Source of the DNA: an uncultured delta proteobacterium
GTDB taxonomy: Bacteria; Myxococcota_A; Polyangia; Haliangiales; Haliangiaceae
Direction: 5' to 3'
NCBI GenBank assembly: GCA_963743525.1
Contig: CAVUQH010000005.1
Location: 64,001 to 128,000, forward strand
Length of the DNA: 64,000 bases
In this document: piece after piece, positions 1-15,192 of the stretch
How the letters are laid out: each line of letters begins with the position of its first letter
Position numbering within the stretch: position 1 is the first letter of the stretch
Program-made: the position numbers and the translations under genes
Notes under the pieces: generated by a model
What the model was told of the DNA's origin: nothing
The model's input: only the letters and a program-made list of their open reading frames with translations
The model's database searches: none

Positions 1-2
1 CC

Positions 3-461
3 GTGCCGGTCGGCCCGCTGTCGGGGCTGAGCGAGGAGCGACAGAAGTTGATCGAGGTGACCCGGGATGCCCTGCAGCTGGGCATCGAGCAGTGTCAGCC
101 GGGAAACCGCCTCGAGGACATCGGCCACGCCGTCCAGACCCATGTGGAAGCCAATGGATTCTCGGTAGTTACGAGCTTCGTGGGCCACGGAATCGGCCGC
201 GCGATGCACGAGGAGCCGGCAGTCCCCAATCACGGCAGTCCGAACCGCGGAAAGCGCCTGAAATCCGGGCTTGTGATCGCGGTGGAACCTATGGTAAACG
301 CCGGGACCCACGAAGTTCAGGTCCTGGAAGACAAGTGGACGGCGGTCACCAAAGACCGCAGAAACTCAGCGCATTTCGAACACACAATTGCCATCACCGA
401 CGACGGTCCCTGGGTTCTCAGCCGTCCGTCGTCCTCGCCCGGTCAGTCCGGTCGCGATTAG
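3..461 (+). CDS. map: Methionine aminopeptidase, C-terminal part (truncated by window start)
   Basis: [20 protein letters not shown] and [11 protein letters not shown] metal-ligand motifs; lies upstream of rpmJ-rpsM. Confidence 0.97.
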   Translation: MPVGPLSGLSEERQKLIEVTRDALQLGIEQCQPGNRLEDIGHAVQTHVEANGFSVVTSFVGHGIGRAMHEEPAVPNHGSPNRGKRLKSGLVIAVEPMVNAGTHEVQVLEDKWTAVTKDRRNSAHFEHTIAITDDGPWVLSRPSSSPGQSGRD

Positions 462-482
462 GTGATGCAAAGCGGGTCCGTC

Positions 483-596
483 ATGAAAGTCAGAGCATCA
501 GTCAAACCGATTTGTCCCAAGTGCAAGATCATCAAGCGCAAGGGTGTTGTGCGCGTGATCTGCGAGAACCCGCGCCACAAGCAGCGCCAGGGCTAG
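483..596 (+). CDS. rpmJ: 50S ribosomal protein L36 (Zn-ribbon form)
   Basis: Translated by hand (below ORF-track cutoff): [37 protein letters not shown]. Confidence 0.98.
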   Translation: MKVRASVKPICPKCKIIKRKGVVRVICENPRHKQRQG

Positions 597-639
597 CCCG
601 AAGGCGCCGCCCAGAAGGTTAGAGAGAGAGACAGTCAAC

Positions 640-1023
640 ATGGCACGCATCGCTGGCGTAGACCTTCCCCGCTCGAAGCCGATCGGCATCGCGCTCACCT
701 ACATTTATGGCATCGGCCGGACCATGTCCAAGCGGGTGCTCGACGAGGCCGGCGTCTCCGCGGACAAGCGGACCGAGGCGTTGGACGAGAACGACGTCCG
801 CCGGATTCGCGACGTCATCGAGCAGAAGGTCAAGGTCGAAGGTGACCTGCGCCGCGAGATCTCGATGAACATCAAGCGGCTGATGGACCTCGGTTGCTAC
901 CGCGGTCTTCGCCACCGGCGCAATCTGCCGGCGCGCGGCCAGCGCACCCACACCAACGCGCGTACGCGCAAGGGCCCGCGGCGCCAGGCCGTGAAGAAGA
1001 AGAGCGTTGGCGGCAAGAAGTAG
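640..1023 (+). CDS. rpsM: 30S ribosomal protein S13
   Basis: [10 protein letters not shown]...[26 protein letters not shown]. Confidence 0.99.
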   Translation: MARIAGVDLPRSKPIGIALTYIYGIGRTMSKRVLDEAGVSADKRTEALDENDVRRIRDVIEQKVKVEGDLRREISMNIKRLMDLGCYRGLRHRRNLPARGQRTHTNARTRKGPRRQAVKKKSVGGKK

Positions 1024-1060
1024 CCGCGTCCGCGACTAGCGCCGAAGACAGGAAGCAGCC

Positions 1061-1450
<390 letters not shown>

Positions 1451-1464
1451 TCGAGGGTTATCCA

Positions 1465-2094
<630 letters not shown>

Positions 2095-2138
2095 CCCTCA
2101 CTACCTTCTCCAGCGCAAGCAACCCCAGAGGGATCTGA

Positions 2139-3173
<1,035 letters not shown>

Positions 3174-3185
3174 CGGAGAATCGCC

Positions 3186-3599
3186 ATGCGTCATCGCAAA
3201 GTTGGACGAAAGCTCGGTCGCAAGTCGCCGCACCGCCAGGCCATGTACTCGAACATGGTGGCGTCGCTGGTGTCGCACGGCCGCATCGAGACCACCGAGG
3301 CCAAGGCCAAGGAGCTGCGCAAGATCGCCGACCGCACCATCAATTGGGGCGTCAAGGTGACCGATCTCCTGGCCAAGGACGCCAAGCAGCTGAACGGCGA
3401 GGAGCGGGCCAAGCTGGTCCACGCCCGCCGCATGGCCGGCCGGGTCATCAAGGACGCCGACGCCCTGAAGAAGCTGTTCGACGAGGTCGCTCCGGCGCTC
3501 CAGGGGCGGGCTGGTGGTTACACCCGCCTGCTCAAGACCCGCGTGCGGCGCGGCGACGCGGCGCCGATGGCCTTCGTCGAGCTCGTGGCAGAAGCGTAA
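3186..3599 (+). CDS. rplQ: 50S ribosomal protein L17
   Basis: [40 protein letters not shown]. Confidence 0.99.
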   Translation: MRHRKVGRKLGRKSPHRQAMYSNMVASLVSHGRIETTEAKAKELRKIADRTINWGVKVTDLLAKDAKQLNGEERAKLVHARRMAGRVIKDADALKKLFDEVAPALQGRAGGYTRLLKTRVRRGDAAPMAFVELVAEA

Positions 3600-3650
3600 G
3601 CTGCGAATCTCGCAGTTCTGACACGCTCTTCCACTAACTCTCTGTGTGAC

Positions 3651-3678
3651 GCCCGCCGCATCGGCGGGCTTTTCATTT
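3651..3678 (+). terminator. Rho-independent terminator of the alpha operon
   Basis: GCCCGCCG-CAT-CGGCGGGC hairpin followed by TTTTCATTT, about 50 nt after the rplQ stop. Confidence 0.8.
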
Positions 3679-3697
3679 GTGGTCAAAGGAGACCCTC

Positions 3698-5209
3698 ATG
3701 GGCACCGTCCGCACCATCTCCATCGTCCTTTCTCTCGCCATGCTGGCGCCGCTCGGCGGCTGCCGCAGCAAGAACAACAACAACGGCGCCGACGGCGGCG
3801 GTGGTAACGGCGACGGTGGCGGCGGCGGCGACGACACCAAGATCCAGGACATTCAGAACGACAACATGCCGGTCGGCACGCTGGTCACGGTGCGCGGCGT
3901 GGTCGTCACCGCCATCGACACCTACGGCGGGCGCACCGGCTCGGTCTACGTCGAGGAGCCCGAGGGTGGCGCCTACTCGGGCGTCCAGGTCTTCCTCACC
4001 GGCACCGGGGCCGCCAGCCTGGCCGTTGGCGACCTGGTCAACGTCGAGGGCGCCCAGAAGGACGAGTTCGCGCTGTCGAGCGACACCAGTGGCCGCACCC
4101 TGACCGAGCTCGACGCGCCACAGGGCGGCACCGTCACCGTCACCAAGGTCGGCACCGGCACCGTCCCCAATCCCGAGGTCCTCATCCCCTGGGATCTGTA
4201 CAACGACGACGCCGAGGCCGAGAAGTGGGAGGGCGTCCTCATCCGCTTCGACGACGTCGCCGTCACCTCTGCTCCGTACAACGCGACCCAGACCGACCCG
4301 CTGCTCATGGACATGACCGTCACCGGTCCGTACATCGTCGAGTCGGCCCTCGCCGACATCGGCACCCCGGCCCGCGACGACTGCTACGCCTCCATCACCG
4401 GCATCGGTGACTACTTCTTCGACTACAAGCTCCTGCCGCGCAGCGCGGCCGACCTGTCCACCGGCGGCACCAACTGCCTGCCGCAGGAAGAGGGCGACAC
4501 CGACTGCGCCGACACCATGGACAACGACCACGACGGCTACACCGACTGCGCCGACATCTCCTGCCAGGACACGGTCCCGTCGTGCACGACGGATACGACC
4601 ATCGTGGACATCCAGAACGGGACGGTCGCCTCGGGCAGCGCGGTCAAGCTGACCGGCGTGGTCGTCACCGGGGTCGACAAGAACCGGAAGAACCTGTGGG
4701 TCGCTGACGCAATCCAGGCGGCGCAGTACAACGGCATCTACGTGTTCAACGGCTTCGGCTCGAGCACGCCGGACCTGGCCGCGCAGGTGACCGTCGGCGC
4801 CAAGGTCAACATCCAGGGGCGCGTGTCGACCTACAAGGGCCTGCACGAGATCTCGAACGCGACCATCACGGTGAGCCCGCCGCCGGCCGGTGCGCCGACC
4901 GCATTGTCCGGCGTGGCGTACACCGACCTGGCGGTGGAGGCGAACAACGCCCCGTACGAGGGCGTGCTGGTCCAGAGCACCGCCGCATTGTCGGTCACCG
5001 CGGACCTCGGTTTCGGCAAGTACTCCGTGACCGACGGGACCAACACCATGGTGATCGACAGCGAGATCTTCGGCGCCACGCTCACGGCCGGCGATTGCCT
5101 CAGCTCGATTACCGGCATCATCCACCACGCCGACGACGGTACCGGCACCTACGTGCCGTCCATCGAGCCGTCGGTGCAGGGCGACCTGGTCAGCACGACC
5201 TGCCCGTAG
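3698..5209 (+). CDS. Lipoprotein with duplicated OB-fold-like module and Cys/Asp-rich linker
   Basis: AAGGAG RBS; lipobox LGG-C; two related halves (IQDIQN..VTVRGVVVT..EGVL and IVDIQN..VKLTGVVVT..EGVL); CADTMDNDHDGYTDCADISC linker. Confidence 0.7.
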   Translation: MGTVRTISIVLSLAMLAPLGGCRSKNNNNGADGGGGNGDGGGGGDDTKIQDIQNDNMPVGTLVTVRGVVVTAIDTYGGRTGSVYVEEPEGGAYSGVQVFLTGTGAASLAVGDLVNVEGAQKDEFALSSDTSGRTLTELDAPQGGTVTVTKVGTGTVPNPEVLIPWDLYNDDAEAEKWEGVLIRFDDVAVTSAPYNATQTDPLLMDMTVTGPYIVESALADIGTPARDDCYASITGIGDYFFDYKLLPRSAADLSTGGTNCLPQEEGDTDCADTMDNDHDGYTDCADISCQDTVPSCTTDTTIVDIQNGTVASGSAVKLTGVVVTGVDKNRKNLWVADAIQAAQYNGIYVFNGFGSSTPDLAAQVTVGAKVNIQGRVSTYKGLHEISNATITVSPPPAGAPTALSGVAYTDLAVEANNAPYEGVLVQSTAALSVTADLGFGKYSVTDGTNTMVIDSEIFGATLTAGDCLSSITGIIHHADDGTGTYVPSIEPSVQGDLVSTTCP

Positions 5210-5218
5210 GCGCGGCCC

Positions 5219-6564
5219 CTAGCGGAACGTCGCGGTCATCAGCGCGACGTTGTAGGGGATCCACGTGAACATCATGAAGTGGATATCGAAGCTGCCGTCG
5301 GCGTGGACGGTGGCTTCGGGCAGCATGTACGTGCCGTAGAAGCCGGCGTGGTCGCACTCGAACAGGCGACCGCCGGAGCAGTCGGTGCCGTTGCAGCAGT
5401 ACTGGGCGGCAAAGGCCGGGTCGCTCATGGTGGCGACGGTGACGGGGGCGCTCCAGGGGCCCTCGGGGGCCTCGGCGAAGCGGGCCGCGATGCGGTTGCC
5501 GGCGCTGGCCTCCTGGTCGAGCATGACGTAGCGGCCGACGGACGCGAAGTAGCGGACCGACAGCTCGCCTTCGTGGGGCTCGGTGACGATGGGCGCGGCG
5601 GGGGCGTTGGCGGCCACCCAGCTGCCGGTGGCGGCGTCGTAGCTGTCGAAGCCGCCCGGGGTGACCAGGTCGGCGAGGCGCTTGCGGGCCAGGTGGACGG
5701 GGCTGGCACGGTAGGCGCCGGTGCCGTAGAGGTAGAGGTAGTCGCCGTCGACGAGGGCGGCGATGTTGATGAAGTCGCCGCGCAGGGGGCCGCTGGCGTC
5801 GAAGCGCTCGTCGAACGTGATAGAGGATGTCGTAGTTGGGCAGGCCGCTGGTCGAACGGCGCGCCCCAGCGAGCCAGATAGGAGCCGCGCATCTCGAACG
5901 GGTCGAGATTGACGGTGGTGTAGAAGAGGTAGATCGAGCCGCCCCAGGAGAAGGCGCCGGACGGGACCTCGAAGTCACCGGGCAGGTTGGGGAACAGGTT
6001 CTGCCCGCGCGGCCCCGATGGGTTGTGGATGAACTCGCCGATCGGGTGACCGGCCGGCGGGGTCATGTATCCGCCGGCGAAGTCGGCGTCGGCGCTGCCG
6101 CTGCCGCCGCCGGTGACGAGGAAGCGGAGCTGGCTGCACAGCTGGGTCGGGTCGGCGGCGACGGCGGAGTAGGGGACCGCGGAGTAGCCGACGGCGTCGG
6201 GCAGCGACTCGGGGCCGAGCGGCCAGATGACCTGGGCGCCGGCGGAGTCGCCGAAGAAGAAGAACAGGTCGTCGCCGTGGCGGACCGGGATGCCCAGGTC
6301 GGTGCCGCGCAGGTTGGCCCGCTGGTGGGTGTCGTTGGCCGTCGGGTCGTCGATGTTGGCGTCGCTGATCAGCTTGCAGCGGAGTGCCAGCGCCTCGAGT
6401 GACGGCACGTAGCCGGGCGGCAGCAGGCCGGCGTCGCCGGTGGCCGGGGCGTCGCCGGCGGGCGCGGCGTCGGTGCGCGGGCCGGAGGCGTCGCCGTCGG
6501 CGGAAGCGCGCTGGCCGGAGCAGGCGGCGAGCAAGGCGGTCAGGAGAACCAGGGTTCGCGGCAT
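5219..6564 (-). CDS. DUF4185-like secreted lipoprotein, interrupted by two +1 frameshifts (~5851 and ~5811)
   Basis: Lipobox LAA-C; GTDLGIP...FFFFGDS; continues across frames as GLPNYDILY and then YLYLYGTG...GELSV...APEGPWS...YGTY. Confidence 0.75.
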
Positions 6565-6695
6565 CGCTCTCCAGCGGCAGCAAGGGGCGTGCCGGGGCGG
6601 GACCGCCCGCCGGGGCGCGTGTCGAGCCGCTGCGTCCGCGGAGGTGCCCCGGGTGCAACCGGCCGTGTGCAACGGCTGGGGCGCCTTGGCGCGGG

Positions 6696-7538
6696 CTACA
6701 GGCCGTTGAGGGCCCGCACGGCCTCGAACAGGTCACCGACCGAGTAGAAGTCGACGGTCACGAAGTTGGGCAGCGAGCCGGAGGCGGTCTGGCAGTCGCG
6801 CGCGGTGTCGAGGAGGAACGGGTCGGCGTTGGTGACGTCGGCCTCCTCGGGCACGGGGCGGGTGCGGGTGAGGAAGTGGTTGAGGATGAACAGCGGGTTG
6901 TTCGCGTCGCCGCGGCCCAGGTCGCAGGAGAAGTCGGTGGTCTCGCGGGCGGCGTACGGGTTGTCCCAGGCGTGCGCCCAGACATCCATGTACCAGTCGT
7001 AGGCGCCGCCGCCGTCGTCGTCGGTGAAGACCACCAGGCGCTCGTCGGCGTCGATCAGCTCGCGCAGGGTCGGCCACGGCGTGCCCGGCTGCTGGACGTG
7101 GACGTACTGGTCCGCACCGCTGGCGGCAAACGCGGCGGCGGTGTCGTCGGCGGTGACGTACGACTCGAAGATGATGGTCACCACCTCGCCGCGGTTCTCG
7201 TCGAGGAAGCGGCGGATGTCGGTCAAGCCGTCGACCAGTGGCTCGTTGCCCAGCTGGCACAGGTTGTGGCAGAGGTACGGCTCGCCGTCCCACGGGTGGG
7301 TGTCGAGCATCAGCCCGCGCACGCCGTCGGCCAGCTGGCGGGGGATGCCGAAATACTGATTGGGGATCGACCAGCCGTCCTCCTGGTTGGACATGGCGTT
7401 GTGGGTCGTCGGGTAGACCACCTGATCGTAGCGGCGCGCGCACAGCTCCACGGCTCCGTTGCAGGTGTCCGGCACCGGCACCGGCTCGCTGCTGCACGCC
7501 GCCAGCGCGACGCACAGGACCCAGGCGAAGCGGCCCAT
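6696..7538 (-). CDS. PI-PLC/PLC-like phosphodiesterase-family lipoprotein
   Basis: Lipobox LAA-C; THNAM, QLADGVRGLMLDTH, LCH, LNHFL, PNFVTVDFY. Confidence 0.8.
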   Translation of the reverse strand: MGRFAWVLCVALAACSSEPVPVPDTCNGAVELCARRYDQVVYPTTHNAMSNQEDGWSIPNQYFGIPRQLADGVRGLMLDTHPWDGEPYLCHNLCQLGNEPLVDGLTDIRRFLDENRGEVVTIIFESYVTADDTAAAFAASGADQYVHVQQPGTPWPTLRELIDADERLVVFTDDDGGGAYDWYMDVWAHAWDNPYAARETTDFSCDLGRGDANNPLFILNHFLTRTRPVPEEADVTNADPFLLDTARDCQTASGSLPNFVTVDFYSVGDLFEAVRALNGL

Positions 7539-7582
7539 CGGCGCAGCGTATCACCCCGGAGCTGCGTGCTACAGTCCCGCCG

Positions 7583-8470
7583 ATGGCCACGACCCCGCGC
7601 GTTCGCAAGGCGGTGATTCCGGCCGCCGGGCTGGGCACACGCTTTCTGCCCGCGACCAAGGCGATTCCCAAGGAGATGCTGCCCATCGTCGACGTGCCGA
7701 CGATCCAGCTCATCGTCGAGGAGGCGGTCGCCGCGGGCATCGAGGAGATCGTCATCATCAACGGCCGCGGCAAGGCGATGATCGAAGACCACTTCGACCA
7801 CGCCTTCGAGCTGGAGCAGACGCTGCGCGAGCGGGGCAAGGACGAGCTCCTGGCCCAGGTCGAGCGCATCTCCAGCATGGCGCGGGTGGTGTCGGTGCGG
7901 CAGAAGCGGCCGCTGGGATTGGGCCACGCGGTGCTGTGCGCCCGCGACGTCGTCGGCGACGAGCCGTTTGCCGTGATGCTGGGCGACGACCTGATCGCCA
8001 ACCGCGACGAGCCGGGCATCGGCCAGCTGATCTCGGTGTACGAGGAGACCGGTCGCGCGGCGATCGCGGTGGTCGAGGTTCCCGAGGGGCAGGAGCACCT
8101 GTACGGCATCGTCGCCGGCGACGACGATGGTGCCGGCCGGGTGCGCGTGCGGCAGATGGTCGAGAAGCCGGCGCCCGGCACGGCGCCGTCGCGCAGCGCG
8201 ATCGTCGGCCGCTACGTGTTGCCGCCGCGGGTGTTCGAGCTGATCGAGCAGACGCCAAAAGGGCACGGCGGCGAGATCCAGCTGACCGACGCCCTGCGCG
8301 GGCTGGCGGATAGCGAGCCGGGAGTGCTGGGAGTCCCGGTGCGCGGTACGCGCCACGATGCCGGTGATCGCCTGGGCTACCTGCGCGCCAATCTCTGCTA
8401 CGCCCTCGAGCGCGACGACCTGCGTCCGGATCTACTCGCGTTGATGGCCGAATTGGTGCGAAACGGCTGA
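7583..8470 (+). CDS. galU: UTP--glucose-1-phosphate uridylyltransferase
   Basis: KAVIPAAGLGTRFLPATKAIPKEMLPIVD, LGLGHAV, VEKP, GEIQLTD. Confidence 0.97.
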   Translation: MATTPRVRKAVIPAAGLGTRFLPATKAIPKEMLPIVDVPTIQLIVEEAVAAGIEEIVIINGRGKAMIEDHFDHAFELEQTLRERGKDELLAQVERISSMARVVSVRQKRPLGLGHAVLCARDVVGDEPFAVMLGDDLIANRDEPGIGQLISVYEETGRAAIAVVEVPEGQEHLYGIVAGDDDGAGRVRVRQMVEKPAPGTAPSRSAIVGRYVLPPRVFELIEQTPKGHGGEIQLTDALRGLADSEPGVLGVPVRGTRHDAGDRLGYLRANLCYALERDDLRPDLLALMAELVRNG

Positions 8471-8519
8471 TTCCGCAGGCGGGGTGGACCGCACCCCGCT
8501 TTCGTGCCAGGGTCCGACG

Positions 8520-9524
8520 ATGCCTATCTCGGCTGTGCGTTTCTCGCCTTCGACGAGTCGGCTGCGCATCACTCGCCTGGCCGGCGCCACGCGCGTCGAC
8601 ACCCTGGCCGCCGACGTCGTCGCCGGTTTCGAGAAGTGCCCGCGGTCGCTGCCGCCGAAATATTTCTACGACGCCCGCGGCGCCCGCTTGTTCGACGCCA
8701 TCTGCGACACGCCCGAGTACTACCCGACCCGCACCGAGCAGGCGCTGCTCGACGCGACGGCCGGTGACATCGCCGCCCTGGCCCGTCCGACTCACCTGGT
8801 CGAGCTGGGCAGCGGCGCCGCGCGCAAGACCCGCACGCTGATCGACGCCGCTCGCCGCGGCGCTCGCCCACTGACCTACGTGCCGGTCAACATCAGCGAG
8901 CAGATGCTGGTCGCCAGCTCGCGCCGTCTGCTGGGCGACTATCCCGATCTGCGCGTACACGCCGTGGTCGCCGACTATGACCACCACCTGCACCTGTTGC
9001 CCCGCGAAGGGCGGAGGTTGATCGCGTTCCTCGGGTTGACCATCGGCAACTTCACCCAGCCGGCGGCGGTGCGGTTCCTGTCGGCGATTCGCCGCGGCAT
9101 GGCGGCCGATGACAGGTTGCTGATCGGCTTCGACCTGGTCAAGTCGCCGGCGGTGCTGCACGCGGCTTACAACGACGCCGCCGGACTGACCACAGAGTTC
9201 AACCGCAACGTCCTGTACGTGCTCAATCGGCGGCTCGGTGGCACCTTCGACCCGGACAGCTTCGACCACATCGGCGAGTGGCATCCGGAGCAGCGGCAGA
9301 TGGAGATGTACCTCGAGTCGCGGGTTGACCAGACGGTCACCCTGGAGGTCCTGGGTCGCAGCTACTCGTTCGCTGCCGGCGAGCGGATCCACACCGAGAT
9401 CAGCCGCAAGCACGACCGCTCGATGTGTGAGGAGATGATGGCCGGTGCCGGGCTGTCGACCGTCTCCTGGTTCCAGTCGCCGGACGACTACTTCGCGCTG
9501 ATGCTGGCAGCGCCGATCGCGTAG
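8520..9524 (+). CDS. egtD: L-histidine N-alpha-methyltransferase (EgtD family); start approximate
   Basis: LPPKYFYDARG, PEYYPTRTE, VELGSG, AYNDAAGLT, IHTEISRK. Confidence 0.92.
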   Translation: MPISAVRFSPSTSRLRITRLAGATRVDTLAADVVAGFEKCPRSLPPKYFYDARGARLFDAICDTPEYYPTRTEQALLDATAGDIAALARPTHLVELGSGAARKTRTLIDAARRGARPLTYVPVNISEQMLVASSRRLLGDYPDLRVHAVVADYDHHLHLLPREGRRLIAFLGLTIGNFTQPAAVRFLSAIRRGMAADDRLLIGFDLVKSPAVLHAAYNDAAGLTTEFNRNVLYVLNRRLGGTFDPDSFDHIGEWHPEQRQMEMYLESRVDQTVTLEVLGRSYSFAAGERIHTEISRKHDRSMCEEMMAGAGLSTVSWFQSPDDYFALMLAAPIA

Positions 9525-9532
9525 ACGGAGCC

Positions 9533-11971
<2,439 letters not shown>

Positions 11972-11992
11972 TAGCGTGGTTTCGACGCGGGG

Positions 11993-14261
11993 ATGAGCTC
12001 CAGCCGTTCGCAGATACTGGTGGTGTCCAACCCGTCGGACCGGGTCGCGATCTGCGATCTGCTCGCGGAGGGTGGCTACGACGACGTCGGTTGGGGCGCC
12101 GGCGGCGACGACACGTTCGCCGCCTACGAGGACAGCGCGCCGCGCGTGGTCGTCCTGTGCGCCAACCTCGACGCCGGCGACGCCCGATCGTTGGCCACGG
12201 CGATGCGGGTCAACGCCGGCGATCGAACGGTGCAGATCATTCTCATCGGCGAGGAGACGGGGCCGATCCGCACGGCGCTGGACGCGGCCGACTTCGAGGT
12301 CGACCGGTTCCTCGGCCGGCCGCTGTCGGGCAAAGCGCTGCTGTTCGCGGTCCGCGCCGGGATCGAGGCGGGTGAGCAGCCGGCCGCGGCCCCGGACCCG
12401 GCTCCGGTTACCGAGGTCGGGCGCAAGTCGGCATCGGCGCGGGTCGAGCGGGCCCTGGACCTGGCCATCGACGACTTCGTCACCGAGGCGATCGGCGCCA
12501 TCGGGCCGCTGGTGCGCTCCCCCGGACCGGCTCCCGAGGCCGAGGTTGACAGCGCGTGGGAAGAGCCAGCGGACGCGCCGCCGCGCGAGCCGACCCTGAT
12601 TCTGTCGGGCGGTGGCGCCGCTCCAGCCCCGGATCCGCAGCTGCGGGACGACCTTGCGTCGCACGACGGCGTGCCCCACGCCATGCCGGTTGACCTTACC
12701 GAGCGCGAGGAAGACGAGCCGTGGGAGCGCGCGGCGTCGGTGACCCTATCGCCGCTGGCCGACGATTCTGTCGTCCGACGAGATCATCCTGCCGTCCCAC
12801 GACGACCTGGACGACCTGGACGATCTCGACGACCTGCACGGCGACCAGACCCCCACCGAGGCGCCTGTGGCGGAGCCCGAGCCACCGGCCGACGACCGCC
12901 CCAGCGGCGGCGTCTTCGCCCGCGAGCTGCGGCGCAAGATGTCGGCCATGGCCGAGCGTCTATTCCCCGGGCGTGGCACCGGCGACGGCCAGCTGGTCGA
13001 TGTCGGCGTTGCCCACGGACATCGCACCGAGATCGATCTCGCCAGCCTCGGTGACGAGACCACCGCCGGGGAGCCGGACCACGCGCCGTATGCCCAGCTG
13101 GCCGCCGCCGAGACCTATGCCGATCCGCGCGAGCCGACCGGTACCGGCACGAGCAGTGGCGACGAGACCACCACGCGGCGCCGCGCCGTTGCCTCGGCGG
13201 TCGAAGAGCAGGGCAGCATCGACAACCGCGACGGCGACGTGGCGCTACTCCTCGGCCGTTTGCTGCAGGCGGGCGTCACCGGGCGGCTGATCCTGCGCGC
13301 GCCGCCGGCCGAGAAGGTGCTCTACCTCGACAGCGGCCGCCCGGTCTTTGCCACCTCCAACCTGCCTCACGACCGGATGGGCGACCTGCTCTACCGCGAG
13401 GGCAAGATCACCCGCGAGCAGTACGCGCGCAGCCGCGAGATCCTGGTCGAGTCGGGCCGGCGCATGGGCGAGATTCTGGTCGAGATGGGCCACCTCAAGC
13501 GGCGCGAGCTGCTGCCGGCGGTCAAACGTCACATCGAGGATATCGTCTACACCCTGTTCGCGTTCACCGAGGGCGACTACAGCGTGCAGCCGGGCGAGAG
13601 CGCGACCGACGAGCGCATCCGTCTGTCCAAGCACCCTGCGGCGCTGTTGCTCGAGGGAGTACGGCGCAAGTACGACATGAGCCGGCTCGAGCACCGCGTC
13701 GGTTCGGCCAGTGCTGTCTGCCGCGCGCGCGACAGCGAACGGCTCAAACCGATCCTGGCGGTCGCCGACCTGTCGCGCGAAGAGCGCGAGGTGATCGGCT
13801 TGCTCGACGGCGACAGGACCCTCGAGGCGGTGAGTCGGGAAACCGGGGTTCCGCTGCTGACCGTGTTTCAGCTGGCCTTCGGTCTGGTCGCGCTCGGCGC
13901 CGCCGAGATACTCCACCGCGGCGGCGACGCCGGTGACGACACCGAGTTGTCGCGGACGCCATCGCTGGTGGGTGAGACCGACCTGGCCATCGATCGCCAG
14001 CGGGTGCTGGCCAAGCACGCGCTGGTCGCCGAGTCGGACTACTTCACGCTGCTCGGCGTTCGCCGCGACGCCTCGACCTTCGAGATCCAGCGCGCCTACG
14101 AGTCTGCGCGGCGCGACTACTCCGAGGACAGCTTCCCGTCGGAGGTTCGCCAGGAGCTCGAGCCGCAGATCGACGAGATCAACGAGCTGCTCGAAGAGGC
14201 GTTCCGCGTGCTGCAGGACGAGCGCCTGCGTCGCGCCTACCTGGCCAACCTGCGCGACTGA
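11993..14261 (+). CDS. Atypical receiver domain + acidic/Pro linker + DUF4388-like domain + C-terminal J-like domain; +1 frameshift at ~12775
   Basis: N-terminal receiver-like fold; GVTGRL..KVLYLDSGRPVFATSN..DRMGDLL; DYFTLLGV...EIQRAY...EAFRVLQDERLRRAY; ORFs 11993..13054 and 12867..14261 join on removal of one base. Confidence 0.75.
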
Positions 14262-14268
14262 GGTATCC

Positions 14269-15192
14269 GTGCGCGTCGTATTCATGGGCTCTCCCGACTT
14301 CGCCGTACCGGCGCTCGAGGCGCTGATCGCGCGCCACCAGGTCGCGCTGGTGCTGACCCAGCCGGACAAGCCGGCGGGGCGGGGCAAGAAGCTGGTGCCT
14401 CCGGCGGTCAAGGTCGCCGCCGAGGCGGCCGGGCTGCCGGTCGCCCAGCCGCGCAGCGCGCGCACGCCGGAGGTGGCCCGGATGCTTCGCGACACCGGCG
14501 CCGAGCTGGCGGTGGTGGTCGCCTACGGCAAGATCCTGCCGCGCGAGGTGCTCGAGGCGTTTCCCCGCGGCTGCATCAACATCCACGCGTCGCTGCTTCC
14601 GCGCTATCGCGGCGCTGCGCCGATACAATGGGCGGTGATCAACGGCGAGACCGAGACCGGCGTCTGCATCATGCAGCTCGACGAGGGGATGGACACCGGG
14701 CCGGTGCTGCTCGAGCGGCGCACGCCGATCGGCGAGGACGAGACCTCGGGCGAGCTGTTCGAACGCCTGGCGCCGATGGGCGCCGAGGCGCTGCTCGAGG
14801 CGCTCGACGGGCTGGCCGCCGGCACCCTCGAGCCGCAGCCGCAGGATCACGATGCCGCCACGCATGCGCCGATGCTGAAGAAAGAGGACGGCCGGGTCGA
14901 CTGGAGCTGGCCGGCGCGGCGGGTCGCCGACCGCGTGCGCGGCGTCGATCCGTGGCCCGGCGCGCAGACGACGTTCGAGGGCGCGCCGCTCAAGCTGTTT
15001 CGCGCGCGCGTAGCCGGCGGCAGCGGCCGGCCGGGCGAGGTGCTCGCGGTCGACGACCGCGGACTGGTGGTCGCCTGCGGCGACGGCGCGTGCGCGATCG
15101 CCGAGGTGCAGGCGCCGGGCAAGAAGCGGATGCCGGCGCGGGCGTTCGCCGCCGGACGGGCCGTCGGTCCGGGAACGGTGCTCGGCTCGTGA
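14269..15192 (+). CDS. fmt: Methionyl-tRNA formyltransferase
   Basis: RVVFMGSPDFA, TQPDKPAGRG, INIHASLLPRYRGAAPIQWA, GMDTG. Confidence 0.98.
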   Translation: MRVVFMGSPDFAVPALEALIARHQVALVLTQPDKPAGRGKKLVPPAVKVAAEAAGLPVAQPRSARTPEVARMLRDTGAELAVVVAYGKILPREVLEAFPRGCINIHASLLPRYRGAAPIQWAVINGETETGVCIMQLDEGMDTGPVLLERRTPIGEDETSGELFERLAPMGAEALLEALDGLAAGTLEPQPQDHDAATHAPMLKKEDGRVDWSWPARRVADRVRGVDPWPGAQTTFEGAPLKLFRARVAGGSGRPGEVLAVDDRGLVVACGDGACAIAEVQAPGKKRMPARAFAAGRAVGPGTVLGS

